The position numbers and the translations under genes are program-made. A stretch of 64,000 nucleotides of DNA, from contig CAIKZC010000009.1 of the NCBI GenBank assembly GCA_903831815.1, positions 5,576 through 69,575 of the forward strand, given 5' to 3'. Positions 8,584 through 18,732 of the stretch are shown in pieces; position 1 is the first letter of the stretch; every line of letters begins with the position of its first letter. The notes beneath the pieces were generated by a model. It saw only the letters and a program-made list of their open reading frames with translations, was not told the origin of the DNA and ran no database searches. This DNA is from an uncultured bacterium. GTDB lineage: Bacteria; Patescibacteriota; Minisyncoccia; Phycocordibacterales; UBA11359.

Positions 8584-8763
8584 GAGTCTGACTTGGTAGG
8601 GAGAAGGGCTTTTTGGCTCTAGGGGCAGAATAGGTGCATGTCGCACAATATATCTTTGCGGTAGGTATGGGCTGGTTTAGGTCTTTCGAATAATCAGCCA
8701 CATTCAAAGCTCTCTTAAAAGGTCTGTTTAATAGACGCTTAACATTCTTTAGATCTTAATCCT

Positions 8764-9129
8764 TTATTGATTGATTGGAAAATCCAACTGCTTCCTCGGT
8801 ATGCCAATAGAAATTCCGTAACCGATCGTTTCTCTCCAACTTTCCGGCCGGTTGTGCAATAATTTAAAAATTTTGTCTCGAAAGATGACCGAGACCTCAT
8901 TACCATGCCAAAAATGCGCGTACCAAGGTCCTTGCTTGATATATGACATCAGATTCTCGATCTCAGATTTTGAGATAAGAATCGTGTGAATTGTCTGATG
9001 ACTCGTGACCTCAGTATCAAGAATTTGCATCTTGGAGACCAAATTTTGGTCCTCGAGGCTTTCCAATATGATCTTACCCTTATAAATTTTGTTTTTTGCC
9101 ATATTAGTTAAAACATATCGGCCCACCAT
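8764..9129 (-). CDS. Hypothetical protein
   Basis: ORF only; the likely true start is an internal ATG (MAKNKIYKG..). Confidence 0.3.
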   Translation of the reverse strand: MVGRYVLTNMAKNKIYKGKIILESLEDQNLVSKMQILDTEVTSHQTIHTILISKSEIENLMSYIKQGPWYAHFWHGNEVSVIFRDKIFKLLHNRPESWRETIGYGISIGIPRKQLDFPINQ

Positions 9130-9434
9130 TTATACGTTAAATATAAGAAAAAAGTTATCGGCGCATAAATCGGCGCCAATGCATAAAATAAAATTTTTTC
9201 GGAAAGATCTCCTTTTTGCAGTTTTTGCCACCAAAGATAAGTTAAATTTGAAAAAAGTCCCAACGGTCCGTAAATTGGCATTAAAACAAAGAAAAATACT
9301 CGTTTCCAGAATCTATCCATAAATATTATAATTGTGAAACGCCATAATAAGTAATCCTTGTCAATACCTACTTTAACTGACTCGATGTCCAACCCAATTT
9401 GTCGGTAACCCAAATTAAGGCAGTTTGAACCCAA
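9108..9434 (-). CDS. Small membrane protein with an internal tandem repeat (MPIYGPLGLFSNLTYLWWQK / LAPIYAPITFFLYLTYKWWAD)
   Basis: Hydrophobic ORF. It overlaps its neighbours, so the true start is probably internal (MDRFWKR..). Confidence 0.3.
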   Translation of the reverse strand: MGSNCLNLGYRQIGLDIESVKVGIDKDYLLWRFTIIIFMDRFWKRVFFFVLMPIYGPLGLFSNLTYLWWQKLQKGDLSEKILFYALAPIYAPITFFLYLTYKWWADMF

Positions 9435-9634
9435 GAGATCGTGGTCAATACTGCATCCTTAAATCGAGCAGAACCGAAGATCGCTTGAATTTCATTCCTG
9501 AAATACGCGATGAGGATAAGCGCAGCAATTATCAATATAATATAGCTGATAATCCCCTGCTTCGTGTATTTTTGAGTGTATTTCATATAACTATATTCTA
9601 CGTTATTAACGGCAAATTTGGAAGTAAAATGCAA
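9368..9634 (-). CDS. Small membrane protein
   Basis: Hydrophobic ORF (IISYIILIIAALILIAYF); the start is uncertain. Confidence 0.3.
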   Translation of the reverse strand: MHFTSKFAVNNVEYSYMKYTQKYTKQGIISYIILIIAALILIAYFRNEIQAIFGSARFKDAVLTTISWVQTALIWVTDKLGWTSSQLK

Positions 9635-9637
9635 TAC

Positions 9638-10897
9638 TTAGCCGGTGATCACGACATTATTTATCTCGTAGATATTTTTTACGACATAATGGTCCGTAAA
9701 GCTTATGTCTTTACCATCGGAAATATATGGATCGCGCATAAGATAATTTCCGTTGGATCCGCCGGTCAAGACCACAAAATGTGTTCCGCCATATGCGCGT
9801 ATACCTACAACGACCGGATGACCGCTTCTTAACGTTGAATCAATAACCGCAACTTTTCGCGTGGCAGTCACTCCGCCAACGTAAATCGTCTTCAACAAGT
9901 AAGCGGGATAATATGTCGCGAAATTGTCAGGATTGGAATTAATGGTTTGAGGCGTGACACTTTTATATCCATAATGTGTCATGATCATCGCCATCGAGGT
10001 GACAAGACATCCATCGCTAGCAAGTCTATATGTCGTGCCATTAAGAGAATTGTTCCCCCATGCGCTGTCTCGTTGATTGTAATAACATCCCCAATTATCA
10101 CAGACGGTTTGATTTGTGAGAAGCCCCGAGCCTCCGGCATTTTTGGCAAAAGCAGTAAAGCTGGCGAGTTGAGACTTGGCGGAAGCAAGCAAGGCTTGAT
10201 ATTTGGATTCTTGGGCCTTTGTCTCGGCCAACAACTGGTCTTTGGCCTTTTTTGTCGCCAATAGCGAAGATTGTTGTTCGGCAAGCGATTGTTTTTGAGA
10301 GGTCAAAACGTTTTGTTTCTGTTTTGTGGCGTTTTGCGAATCAGCCAATTTGGTTTTCTCCGTCTTTAAGGAATCCACGTTATTTTTGATCGAATTTTGA
10401 ACCTGGATCAGTGCGCCGATATCGTTCCATGCATCATCGACTGTTTCGGATGAAAGAAAATACTCTAAAAACGATTCGTTGTCGGTTTTTTGGAGATTGC
10501 GAAAGTAATTTGCCAGCGTCGATTTATTTTCGTCGATGGTTTTTTGAGTCGAGACGATATCGGAACCGAGTTGCTGAATTTGTAAACCTGTCGTATTGAT
10601 CTGTTTTTGTATAACCGAGATCTGGGTTTCGATCTTGGTTCTTTTTAAGGTTAGATCATCGATTGCGGCCTGTAAGGTCTTTTTATCGGCTCCTGCTTTG
10701 GTCAGCGCAGCTTGGTATTCGGCGATCTTTTTATTTAGATCCGAAATTTGTTGATTATTTGCATCTATCTGACTTTGTAAAACTGCGTTTGATGAAGATG
10801 TCGCAGCGAAAGTTTTGGGAGTACCAAACACGGTCATGGTCAGAAAAACCAAAGTAATGACAAATAATATATAAATGTTTGACCTTTTTATAGACAT
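9638..10897 (-). CDS. Secreted long coiled-coil protein with a C-terminal papain-like (C39-like/BtrH-type) cysteine peptidase domain; putative cell-wall hydrolase
   Basis: Signal/TM segment at the N-terminus, then about 250 aa of Q/K/L heptad-rich sequence. The C-terminus carries DGCLVTSMAMIMTHYGY and GHPVVVGI ... GTHFVVLTG, resembling Peptidase_C39_2. Confidence 0.5.
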   Translation of the reverse strand: MSIKRSNIYILFVITLVFLTMTVFGTPKTFAATSSSNAVLQSQIDANNQQISDLNKKIAEYQAALTKAGADKKTLQAAIDDLTLKRTKIETQISVIQKQINTTGLQIQQLGSDIVSTQKTIDENKSTLANYFRNLQKTDNESFLEYFLSSETVDDAWNDIGALIQVQNSIKNNVDSLKTEKTKLADSQNATKQKQNVLTSQKQSLAEQQSSLLATKKAKDQLLAETKAQESKYQALLASAKSQLASFTAFAKNAGGSGLLTNQTVCDNWGCYYNQRDSAWGNNSLNGTTYRLASDGCLVTSMAMIMTHYGYKSVTPQTINSNPDNFATYYPAYLLKTIYVGGVTATRKVAVIDSTLRSGHPVVVGIRAYGGTHFVVLTGGSNGNYLMRDPYISDGKDISFTDHYVVKNIYEINNVVITG

Positions 10898-12253
10898 CTA
10901 TAGGAAAAGTTTTTTTATCGCAGCGTCGATCCTTTCCGAAGCGATAGTTGTCCCAAGAATGGAGATCAACACAAACGGATCCGGAGATTTATCTTTTCCG
11001 GAAAGAGCAAATCGAAGCGGCCACAAAACCTGACCTCGACCTTTTTCTGAAGCATACTCCCACAGAGCGGCTTTAGTTTGTTCTGGAGTTGGAAATTCCG
11101 GGATATTTTTGATGGTTTTCAAAATAAATTGAAGATGTCCGGCAGTTAAAGCCTTGTCCGACTCCCCTTTCCACATTAATTTCTCTTTTGCAAAATTTCC
11201 CGCTTTTGAAATAAAATCAGTAGTCAAATAATCAAACTCGCCATTTTTTACAAGCAAATCGATGTCACCGAAAACAGATATGTGATCAATAATGGATGGA
11301 AGCGCCCGTTCCAGTAATTCTCTTGGATAATCAGGCATTTTTTGATAAACTATTTCCAAAATTTCATTTGCCGACAATTTTTTGATGTATTCGCGATTGA
11401 GCCATTTCAATTTTTCCACATTAAATATCGCTCCGCCTTTTTGCACTTTTTCGATGGTGAATTTTTTAACGAAATCATCCAGACTGAGCAACTCCTCGTC
11501 GTTTCCGGGATTCCAGCCGAGCATGCCGATAAAGTTGATGAGAGATTCCTTCAAATAGCCCTGTTCGCGGTAAAATTTCAAAGAAACGGCCTCACCATGT
11601 TTCCTTTTGGACAATTTTGACCGATCTTCGGCTAAAATAAGGGGTAAATGGGCGTAAATTGGCCGTGGTGCGCCGATTGTCTCCTGAATCAGTATTTGTC
11701 TCGGAGTGTTGGAAATATGGTCCTCGCCGCGGATAACGTGAGTAATTCCGGCCTCAAAATCGTCTACTACGACGGCAAAATGGAAGATTGGTTCATCAAT
11801 GCTTTTAGCGATCACGAAATCGCCGAGTTCAGTCGTGTCGAACTCAACGTGACCACGAATTAAGTCGTCAAAAGCGACTTTTTTGTTGGGATTTTTAAAA
11901 CGAATTACTTCTTCCCTATCCCCTTCTTTCCCAACTTTTTCTTTAGAAATATATGCGGCACCACTATCAATTATTTTTTGCAAATATTTTTTGTGAATAT
12001 CGGCTCGTTCGGATTGTCGGAAAAATTCATCGTGGTTCAAACCGAGCCATTCTAGACCGTCCATAATATCTTTTTCGTATTCAGGTGTACTTCGTGCCTT
12101 ATCTGTGTCTTCAATACGCAAAACAAATTTGCCGTCATTTTGTTTAGCATATAAATAAGAAAAAAGTGCAGTTCTAACACTGCCGATATGCAAAAAACCG
12201 GTCGGAGAAGGTGCAAAACGCGTGACAACTTTTGAATTGGTTGTATCAGTCAT
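10898..12253 (-). CDS. gltX: Glutamyl-tRNA synthetase
   Basis: FAPSPTGFLHIGSVRTALF (HIGH motif) and KLSKRK (KMSKS motif), class I GluRS. Confidence 0.9.
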   Translation of the reverse strand: MTDTTNSKVVTRFAPSPTGFLHIGSVRTALFSYLYAKQNDGKFVLRIEDTDKARSTPEYEKDIMDGLEWLGLNHDEFFRQSERADIHKKYLQKIIDSGAAYISKEKVGKEGDREEVIRFKNPNKKVAFDDLIRGHVEFDTTELGDFVIAKSIDEPIFHFAVVVDDFEAGITHVIRGEDHISNTPRQILIQETIGAPRPIYAHLPLILAEDRSKLSKRKHGEAVSLKFYREQGYLKESLINFIGMLGWNPGNDEELLSLDDFVKKFTIEKVQKGGAIFNVEKLKWLNREYIKKLSANEILEIVYQKMPDYPRELLERALPSIIDHISVFGDIDLLVKNGEFDYLTTDFISKAGNFAKEKLMWKGESDKALTAGHLQFILKTIKNIPEFPTPEQTKAALWEYASEKGRGQVLWPLRFALSGKDKSPDPFVLISILGTTIASERIDAAIKKLFL

Positions 12254-12286
12254 AACACAACCATTATAACATATAAAATAAAGAGT

Positions 12287-13414
12287 TTAGTCTTCGTGCT
12301 GTAATGCCAAGTTTACGATCTCTTGAGCAATTTTGTCGGCGGCGTCTGTCTTGGCAAAAGATTTTGCGCCGTCAGACATTTTCTGCCAAACTTCCGGATT
12401 GTCGACAATGCGATTGATTTCGGAAATAAGTAAATGGGATGCCAAATTGTTCTCTTCAATAACTTCGGCGCCGCCACTGCGCGCGTAGGCAAAAGCGTTG
12501 GAAGTTTGATCGTGACTCACAGCTTCACTGATCGGAATGATGATTGAAGGTTTTCCCCAAGCAGCAATCTCAAAGATTGTAGAACCGGCACGCGAGATGA
12601 TCAATTTAGCTACGCCTGCCGCCATACGCATTTCAAGAGCGTTCAAATATTGCATAGGTCGATAATTGGCAGCGTTAGGGTTTCCGCCAAGCACAACATT
12701 CACGGTCGTTATCACTTCATCATAATTGGCTTTACCTGTCTGATGAATGATTTGAAATTTTTCAACCAAAGTCGGCAAAGATTCAATTATTGTTTCGTTA
12801 ATAATCTTTGAACCAAGAGACCCGCCGACGATAAAAACGCAAGGAATTTCCGGTTTCAATTTTAAATAATCATGAGCTCCGACTGTAAGCGGTTCCGAAA
12901 CTTCCTTGCGAATCGGGTTACCGGTAAACGCAACTTTGTCAGCAGGAAAATATTGAGCTGCCGTTGGATATGAAATGGCGATGCGACGAGCGAATTTTGC
13001 AGCCCATGCATTGACGCGACCGGGTTTACTGTCGGATTCGTGAATTATCACGGGTATTCGTAAAATTTTAGCGGCAAAAAGCACCGGGAAACTGGCATAT
13101 CCACCCTTCCCGAAAATTACATCGGGATATAGTTTATAAACCATGTATGTCGATCTGACGACTCCCCAAGCGGTCTTGAAAAGATCAAAAAAGTTTAAGA
13201 TCGAAAAATAACGTCTAATTTTTCCGGCAGAAATTTGTTGGAATTTAATGTTATTTTCAAAAAGGACTCTGGCGTCAAACGGAGTTGGCGCCATGTAGTA
13301 TAATTCCGGCGTTAATAAATGTTGCTCTTTGACAACTTTGTTTATAGATTGAGCGACACCGATTATGGGATTAAAATGTCCACCTGTTCCTCCTCCAGTA
13401 AAAAGTATTTTCAT
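12287..13414 (-). CDS. murG: UDP-GlcNAc:undecaprenyl-PP-MurNAc-pentapeptide GlcNAc transferase
   Basis: MKILFTGGGTGGHFNPIIGV N-terminus, a GT28 family hallmark; sits in dcw-type context. Confidence 0.9.
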   Translation of the reverse strand: MKILFTGGGTGGHFNPIIGVAQSINKVVKEQHLLTPELYYMAPTPFDARVLFENNIKFQQISAGKIRRYFSILNFFDLFKTAWGVVRSTYMVYKLYPDVIFGKGGYASFPVLFAAKILRIPVIIHESDSKPGRVNAWAAKFARRIAISYPTAAQYFPADKVAFTGNPIRKEVSEPLTVGAHDYLKLKPEIPCVFIVGGSLGSKIINETIIESLPTLVEKFQIIHQTGKANYDEVITTVNVVLGGNPNAANYRPMQYLNALEMRMAAGVAKLIISRAGSTIFEIAAWGKPSIIIPISEAVSHDQTSNAFAYARSGGAEVIEENNLASHLLISEINRIVDNPEVWQKMSDGAKSFAKTDAADKIAQEIVNLALQHED

Positions 13415-13426
13415 AAATTTATTATC

Positions 13427-14548
13427 TTATTCTAAACTGACCTTCTCTTTTTGTCGAACCGAGTTTTTGGAAATGTTTAATATTATGCCGGCTTCGGCCA
13501 GGGTGAACATAAGAGCGGTACCGCCATGACTGACAAAAGAAAGCGGAATACCCGTTAGCGGCATTACACCGATGATTGCGCCAATGTTTATCAAGGCTTG
13601 CGCGGTAATAAGAGTAATAATCCCGACAGCCAATAAGCGACCAAAAACGTCATTACTGTGAGCGGCGATCTTAAAGCCGCGTAAAGCAAAGAAAACAAAA
13701 ATTATTATTATACTGAAACTGCCGATTAAACCGAATTCTTCAGCGGCAACAGCAAAGATCGAGTCACCGATCGGTTCCGGTAAAAAATTAAATTTTTGAA
13801 TACTTTGACCAAAACCTCGACCTGTAATACCTCCGGATCCAACGGCGATGAGTGCCTGCTGAACTTGATAACCGGCACCTTGAGAGTCTGAGGTTGGGTG
13901 CAAAAATGTTGTAAATCGCGCCGCTACATATGGACGAAAAAAAGCTAAACCGGCTATAGCTAGAACACAACAAAAAGTGATAATGACGATGTGCGAAAAT
14001 CTCGCCCCGGCGGCGATGTAAATTGCAAGTAGTGCTAGAAAAATAACCATAAAAGTGCCATTGTCCGGCTGTTTCAACAACAAAGCTGCAACACTTAAGG
14101 TAATCAGAGAGAAAGGAATTAGACTTTTTGCGGAAAGAGCAAGTCTGTCTTTATGTTTAGAAAACAATGCAGCTAGCAAAATTACGGAAGCAATTTTTAA
14201 AAGCTCTGCAGGTTGAAATGTGTATGAACCAAAAGTGATCCAACGCGCCGCTCCGCCGTGAGCAAACCCGATGTGCGGTACGAAAACCAACGCGGTCAAT
14301 CCGAGCGAAAAAATAAAGATGAGCGGCGCGAACGTTCTGTATTTCCTGAAATTAATATTTGAAGTGCCAATCATTATGATTGTTCCGATAACCGCAATCC
14401 CCGCTTGCTTTAATGCAACAGTTGCAAAGTTAGCTCCTTCTCTAGCCACTAAGCCCAAAGACGCCGACATAAACACAAAAAATCCGGACACAATCAAAAG
14501 AATTGTTGCCAGCAAAAATAATCTATCTGATTTTACTTTAGTTGTCAT
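13427..14548 (-). CDS. ftsW: SEDS-family peptidoglycan polymerase (FtsW/RodA); called FtsW by its position between murG and mraY
   Basis: Ten-TM SEDS pattern with a conserved C-terminal GGTALMFTL motif region. Confidence 0.75.
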   Translation of the reverse strand: MTTKVKSDRLFLLATILLIVSGFFVFMSASLGLVAREGANFATVALKQAGIAVIGTIIMIGTSNINFRKYRTFAPLIFIFSLGLTALVFVPHIGFAHGGAARWITFGSYTFQPAELLKIASVILLAALFSKHKDRLALSAKSLIPFSLITLSVAALLLKQPDNGTFMVIFLALLAIYIAAGARFSHIVIITFCCVLAIAGLAFFRPYVAARFTTFLHPTSDSQGAGYQVQQALIAVGSGGITGRGFGQSIQKFNFLPEPIGDSIFAVAAEEFGLIGSFSIIIIFVFFALRGFKIAAHSNDVFGRLLAVGIITLITAQALINIGAIIGVMPLTGIPLSFVSHGGTALMFTLAEAGIILNISKNSVRQKEKVSLE

Positions 14549-14571
14549 GGATAAAATTCACCAAAAATATT

Positions 14572-15651
14572 TTACAAAATAGGCGGTTGAACCAAAAATG
14601 CAATCGTCACACCAATAATGGCGAAAATAATCGTCAAAATCCAATATCGCATCGTCACTTTATATGATGGCCACCCTTTGGCTTCAAAATGATGATGCAA
14701 AGGAGCCACAAGAAATACTTTTTTGCCGTTCCTGAATTTTTTGGAAAGCATTTGAATTACAACGGAAGCAGTTGTGACAATTAGTGGCAAAGCGACGATC
14801 GGTAAAACAAAAATACCGTATCCGTTACTGTGGGTACCGGTCATAAACACAACCACAGAAAGGGTGATGGTGAGTGCCATACTTCCAGTCTCAGACATAT
14901 AAAAACGAGCTGGCGGAATATTAAACCAAAGAAAAGCCAAAATCGCTCCGGTAAGAGCAAAACAAAAAGTGGCCAAATTTATCTGTTGTTGGTGAATCGC
15001 AATGACGCCGTAGGCCGAAAAAATAATTGAAAACACTCCGCCGGCCAAACCGTCGATTCCGTCGATCACCCCTCCGGAATAAAGTAACATTGAGAGTAAA
15101 ATGAAGAACGGCACAATTAGCCATCCCAAATATAATTCTCCCCACGGTGTGCCGATACCGACAACGCCAAGTCGAACATAAAACCAAACTCCGCAAAACA
15201 AAGAAACAAGACCGACTGCGATCAATCTTTTTTTAAGGGAAAGTCCACCGACAAAATTTCCGGAAATTTCAAAAAAATCGTCAACCAATCCAACCAAAGC
15301 TCCTATCATCATGGTGACAAACGGAATCCATGTTTGATTTCGACTCAAAAAATCAAGTTTACTGATTATTGGATTTGGAAAGAATTTGGCCAATAACCAC
15401 ATGCCAACGATCGTAATAGAAGCGGACATCCATATAATTACGCCACCCATGCGTGGAGTTCCAACTTCCTTATCTTTGTGAAGTTCATTAAAAATCGGCG
15501 CACCTTTGCCGTCCAAGCCGACTTTACCGCATTTTTTCTTCCACATTTTATGTGAATAGAGATAATTTGAGACAAAAGGAGTGATAGCAATGCCAATAAA
15601 GAATGACAGAGTCGCCGCTATGAAAATTTTAACACCATCGATAATAATCAT
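14572..15651 (-). CDS. mraY: Phospho-N-acetylmuramoyl-pentapeptide transferase
   Basis: GT4 MraY motifs (DDxxD-like IDGIDGLAGG and PLHHHFE). Confidence 0.9.
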   Translation of the reverse strand: MIIIDGVKIFIAATLSFFIGIAITPFVSNYLYSHKMWKKKCGKVGLDGKGAPIFNELHKDKEVGTPRMGGVIIWMSASITIVGMWLLAKFFPNPIISKLDFLSRNQTWIPFVTMMIGALVGLVDDFFEISGNFVGGLSLKKRLIAVGLVSLFCGVWFYVRLGVVGIGTPWGELYLGWLIVPFFILLSMLLYSGGVIDGIDGLAGGVFSIIFSAYGVIAIHQQQINLATFCFALTGAILAFLWFNIPPARFYMSETGSMALTITLSVVVFMTGTHSNGYGIFVLPIVALPLIVTTASVVIQMLSKKFRNGKKVFLVAPLHHHFEAKGWPSYKVTMRYWILTIIFAIIGVTIAFLVQPPIL

Positions 15652-15666
15652 GAATTTTGCCCTTTA

Positions 15667-16647
15667 TTATAACACATTTAAAGTTTGATTTGTCGCCTTA
15701 ATCAATGACAACACATCCGTAAAACGATCGTTGTAAGTCGAACCGAGAACAACGACAATAATCGGATAATTTACCCCCGCATCGTAAATAATGGCTAAAT
15801 TTCCTCCAGCAAGATCGCTGTAACCAGTTTTTGAACCAATAATTCCCGGGATATTATTTATCTCCTCGTCTGTATTTGTGGCAGTGTGTTTGAAATTATC
15901 AAGCGACGAAGTTGTAAATGTTGCGTAACGAGTTGCCTCAAAAATTTCCGGATGATTTTGTAAAGTGTATGAAAAAAGTTTGGCGACGTCAGCGGCTGAA
16001 CCGTAGGCACCACTTCGTGTTATTGATTCATCGAGACCCGTTGGATTGAAAAATTGCATCGATGATAATCCCAGTAATTGCGCTTTCTCGTTCATTTTTT
16101 CAACAAAGTTTGAACTTGCAGTATTGGCGATCGCAGATGCGCCATCGTTTGAAGATATCGATAAAGTAAAATTCAATAATTTTTTAAAAGTCCATCTTTC
16201 ATTGAGGAAAAGTCCTGTATCGCCGTCTTGTGCCAGATCTCCCACTTCGATTGAAATCGTGGATGTTGGAGAAAGTAATTCTGAAGCCACATCGGCCGTC
16301 ATGATCTTTGTGATAGAGGCTAAAGGCAAAACGTCATTTGCGTTTTTTGCGAATAAAACTTTTTGATTTTTTATATCCCAAACAAAGGCCGATTTGGCTT
16401 TTAGTGATGTTGCGAAAAACGGATCGATGTTTGCGATCGTTGAAGTTGAATTAATAGCGACAAGCGAATTGGTTTGAGTTTTACTTGGATTGTGTCTGCC
16501 AATACCTGATAAGTATGCGACTATGGAGCAAATTAGCATTACAAAAATTATCGCAGCAATTTGTCCGCCGTGACTTTTATCGTTTGTATGTACACTCGGT
16601 TCCACGATAGGCTGCGTTTCCGGTATTTTGTTAAATTCCTGTTCCAT
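15667..16647 (-). CDS. Serine-type D-Ala-D-Ala carboxypeptidase (low-MW PBP, S11-like) with an N-terminal TM
   Basis: SITK (SxxK), SSND (SxN) and KTG motifs present. Confidence 0.7.
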   Translation of the reverse strand: MEQEFNKIPETQPIVEPSVHTNDKSHGGQIAAIIFVMLICSIVAYLSGIGRHNPSKTQTNSLVAINSTSTIANIDPFFATSLKAKSAFVWDIKNQKVLFAKNANDVLPLASITKIMTADVASELLSPTSTISIEVGDLAQDGDTGLFLNERWTFKKLLNFTLSISSNDGASAIANTASSNFVEKMNEKAQLLGLSSMQFFNPTGLDESITRSGAYGSAADVAKLFSYTLQNHPEIFEATRYATFTTSSLDNFKHTATNTDEEINNIPGIIGSKTGYSDLAGGNLAIIYDAGVNYPIIVVVLGSTYNDRFTDVLSLIKATNQTLNVL

Positions 16648-17197
16648 TTTCTGAAATTGTTTCCGTATTCGTCTCCTTTTTGATTAATGCGGCAAGTTCC
16701 TCTTGCACCTTTTCGTATTCCGGGAGTTCAGATATATTTGAAATTGAAAGCATTTGTAAAAGTTCGAAAGTTGGACGATATAAAAAGCGTCGCTCGCCTT
16801 TTTCATCAACGATTTTTTCGACTAACCCGCGGACGAGCAGATTTCGCAAAATAAATTGCGAATTAACTCCACGAATGTAATCGATCTCTCTTCGGGCAAT
16901 GGGCCCTTTGTAAAGTACGATGGATAAAGTTTCAAGACCGGCTTTGCCGAGGTCGCGATTGATTTCCTCTTTGACCAAGCCCTCGATTAGCGGCGCGACC
17001 TCGGCCCGGGTCGCCAGCATTATCTCATCATCTTTAGTCACAATAGTTAAAGCGCCGGCCTCCAAGCGTTTTTTCAACATTTCTATCCCCTGCTCGATTT
17101 CGGCCGGCGTTTTTTCCAAAATTTTAGCAATATTTTTGATTGAAACGTTTTCTCCGCGAAAAAATAAAATTGCCTCGATTTGTTGGTCTAAATTCAT
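16631..17197 (-). CDS. scpB: Segregation and condensation protein B
   Basis: N-terminal IEAILFFRGENVSI ... winged-helix ScpB pattern; adjacent to scpA. Confidence 0.8.
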   Translation of the reverse strand: MNLDQQIEAILFFRGENVSIKNIAKILEKTPAEIEQGIEMLKKRLEAGALTIVTKDDEIMLATRAEVAPLIEGLVKEEINRDLGKAGLETLSIVLYKGPIARREIDYIRGVNSQFILRNLLVRGLVEKIVDEKGERRFLYRPTFELLQMLSISNISELPEYEKVQEELAALIKKETNTETISENGTGI

Positions 17198-17218
17198 AAG
17201 GGTTAGTATAACAATAAA

Positions 17219-17968
17219 TTAATATTTCGGCACACCGATTTCGTTGTTCGTTTCCATCTTGATGTCATCAAATTTTTGTTCTTGCATGACGCTGATAACG
17301 CCTTGCTTTACGAGCTCAAGCATCGCCAGAAAACTAATAATCACGTTCACTTTTTCATCTTTGTGCACATTGGCAAATTCACGAAAACTCATTTTCAAAC
17401 TCGAAGTAATTCGTTGTGTCAATCGGCCAATCATATCTTCAAGACTTATAACCTTGCGCACAATCGCTTTCGGCAAAATCTCTTTTCTCGGAAAATTTTT
17501 AATAACTTCAAACATGGCGGAAACCAAATTAGGTAAAGTCATTTTTGCGTGAGGTGAAAAAACTTTAACTTCGATTTTATTATTTTCCTTGGCAAAAAGC
17601 ATTTGTTTTCCGAATCTTTCTTTCACATGCACGGACAACTCCTTCATTCGCGCATAAATCTTGAGCCGAGCCTCCAAGTCCTCGATACTCGCCTGTTCTT
17701 CTTCGGTCAAATCAAGCGTCGGTAAAAGTGATTTTGATTTGATGAGCAAAAGCGTCGAAGCGATCAAAATAAAATCGGCGCTATCGGCGATGGGAAAACT
17801 TTCAAAATTCTTTACATACGCGATAAAATCGTCGGTTACTTTTGCTAAAGCGATGTCGTTGATGAAAAGCTTTCGTTTTTCAATAAGATTGAGCAGTAAC
17901 TCCAAAGGTCCTTCAAAAACCGAGGTTTTTATCTTAAATCCCTGATCCATATTTTCACATTTTACCAC
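17219..17968 (-). CDS. scpA: Segregation and condensation protein A
   Basis: FEGPLELLLNLIEKRKLFINDIALAKVTDDFIAYV matches the ScpA N-terminus. Confidence 0.8.
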   Translation of the reverse strand: MVKCENMDQGFKIKTSVFEGPLELLLNLIEKRKLFINDIALAKVTDDFIAYVKNFESFPIADSADFILIASTLLLIKSKSLLPTLDLTEEEQASIEDLEARLKIYARMKELSVHVKERFGKQMLFAKENNKIEVKVFSPHAKMTLPNLVSAMFEVIKNFPRKEILPKAIVRKVISLEDMIGRLTQRITSSLKMSFREFANVHKDEKVNVIISFLAMLELVKQGVISVMQEQKFDDIKMETNNEIGVPKY

Positions 17969-18075
17969 AAAATCTCGAAATAATCCCGGTTTTTATCAAC
18001 TTTACACATTTTTATATAAATGTTTCAATTACGTTGGAAGTGTTTGCTCTTTTTATCGATATCGAGGAGGCCTTT

Positions 18076-18555
18076 ATGCTTATTGGAATGCACGAGGAAG
18101 ATACTGCCGCTAGCCTGTTAACTCCAAGTTTGGTCTTGGAGAAGGTTAAGTTCAGTTTGGCGTCGGAATCTCGTTCTGTCGGTCAGATTGATGCCCAATC
18201 TCTTTTGATAGATGTGTTGGGTCTCAACTCTATCTACGAAATCGATTGGGGCAAACTAATTTCCCGTTTGGAGAAGGAGTTTGAGATCAAATTCAAGAAA
18301 AAGCACAGGAACGGATTGGTACCCGGTGCTTTCGCGGATTGGATCAATATCCCGATGCATTTGATGAACCATCGCGGAATGTTTACGATTCTGGCCAGAG
18401 AAAAAGTCGTAGACTACTTTGATGGTTTCGGTAACCTTACGGCCTTTAAGGAGGAACCGACGTTCGAGTGTTTTTGCAAATTGTATACGGTTCAGCTCAT
18501 CGTGGATTATGTAAGTCTGAGGCTAAGGACAAAGGCGAAGAAAAGCGTACTCTGA
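18076..18555 (+). CDS. Hypothetical protein with an N-terminal acyl-carrier-protein-like (PP-binding-like) four-helix domain; GC-shifted
   Basis: DAQSLLIDVLGLNSIYEIDWGKLISRLEKEFEIKF aligns to the ACP pattern [24 protein letters not shown] with the Ser retained. The ATG at 18076 follows GAGGAGG; the ORF-track start at 18034 is probably too early. Confidence 0.35.
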   Translation: MLIGMHEEDTAASLLTPSLVLEKVKFSLASESRSVGQIDAQSLLIDVLGLNSIYEIDWGKLISRLEKEFEIKFKKKHRNGLVPGAFADWINIPMHLMNHRGMFTILAREKVVDYFDGFGNLTAFKEEPTFECFCKLYTVQLIVDYVSLRLRTKAKKSVL

Positions 18556-18628
18556 AAAAAGGGGCTGGGAAAGACGAACATCGAAAACCGAGCCGGTTGC
18601 ATCCATTGCGACCCGCCCGGTTTTTCTT

Positions 18629-18657
18629 TTGACAATAGAGTCTCATTATGCCATAAT
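18629..18657 (+). promoter_or_regulatory. sigma70-like promoter TTGACA-17-CATAAT, followed by a GC-rich 5'UTR hairpin (18674-18697)
   Basis: Exact -35 with 17-nt spacing. The GGGTCAGG-N8-CCTGACCC hairpin sits in the leader before the GAGAGGA RBS. Confidence 0.45.
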
Positions 18658-18732
18658 CGTCATCGGAAAATAAGGGTCAGGGAGTGTTTCCTGACCCCAT
18701 ACAGCACATTAGTTTTGCAGAGAGGAATTCGT

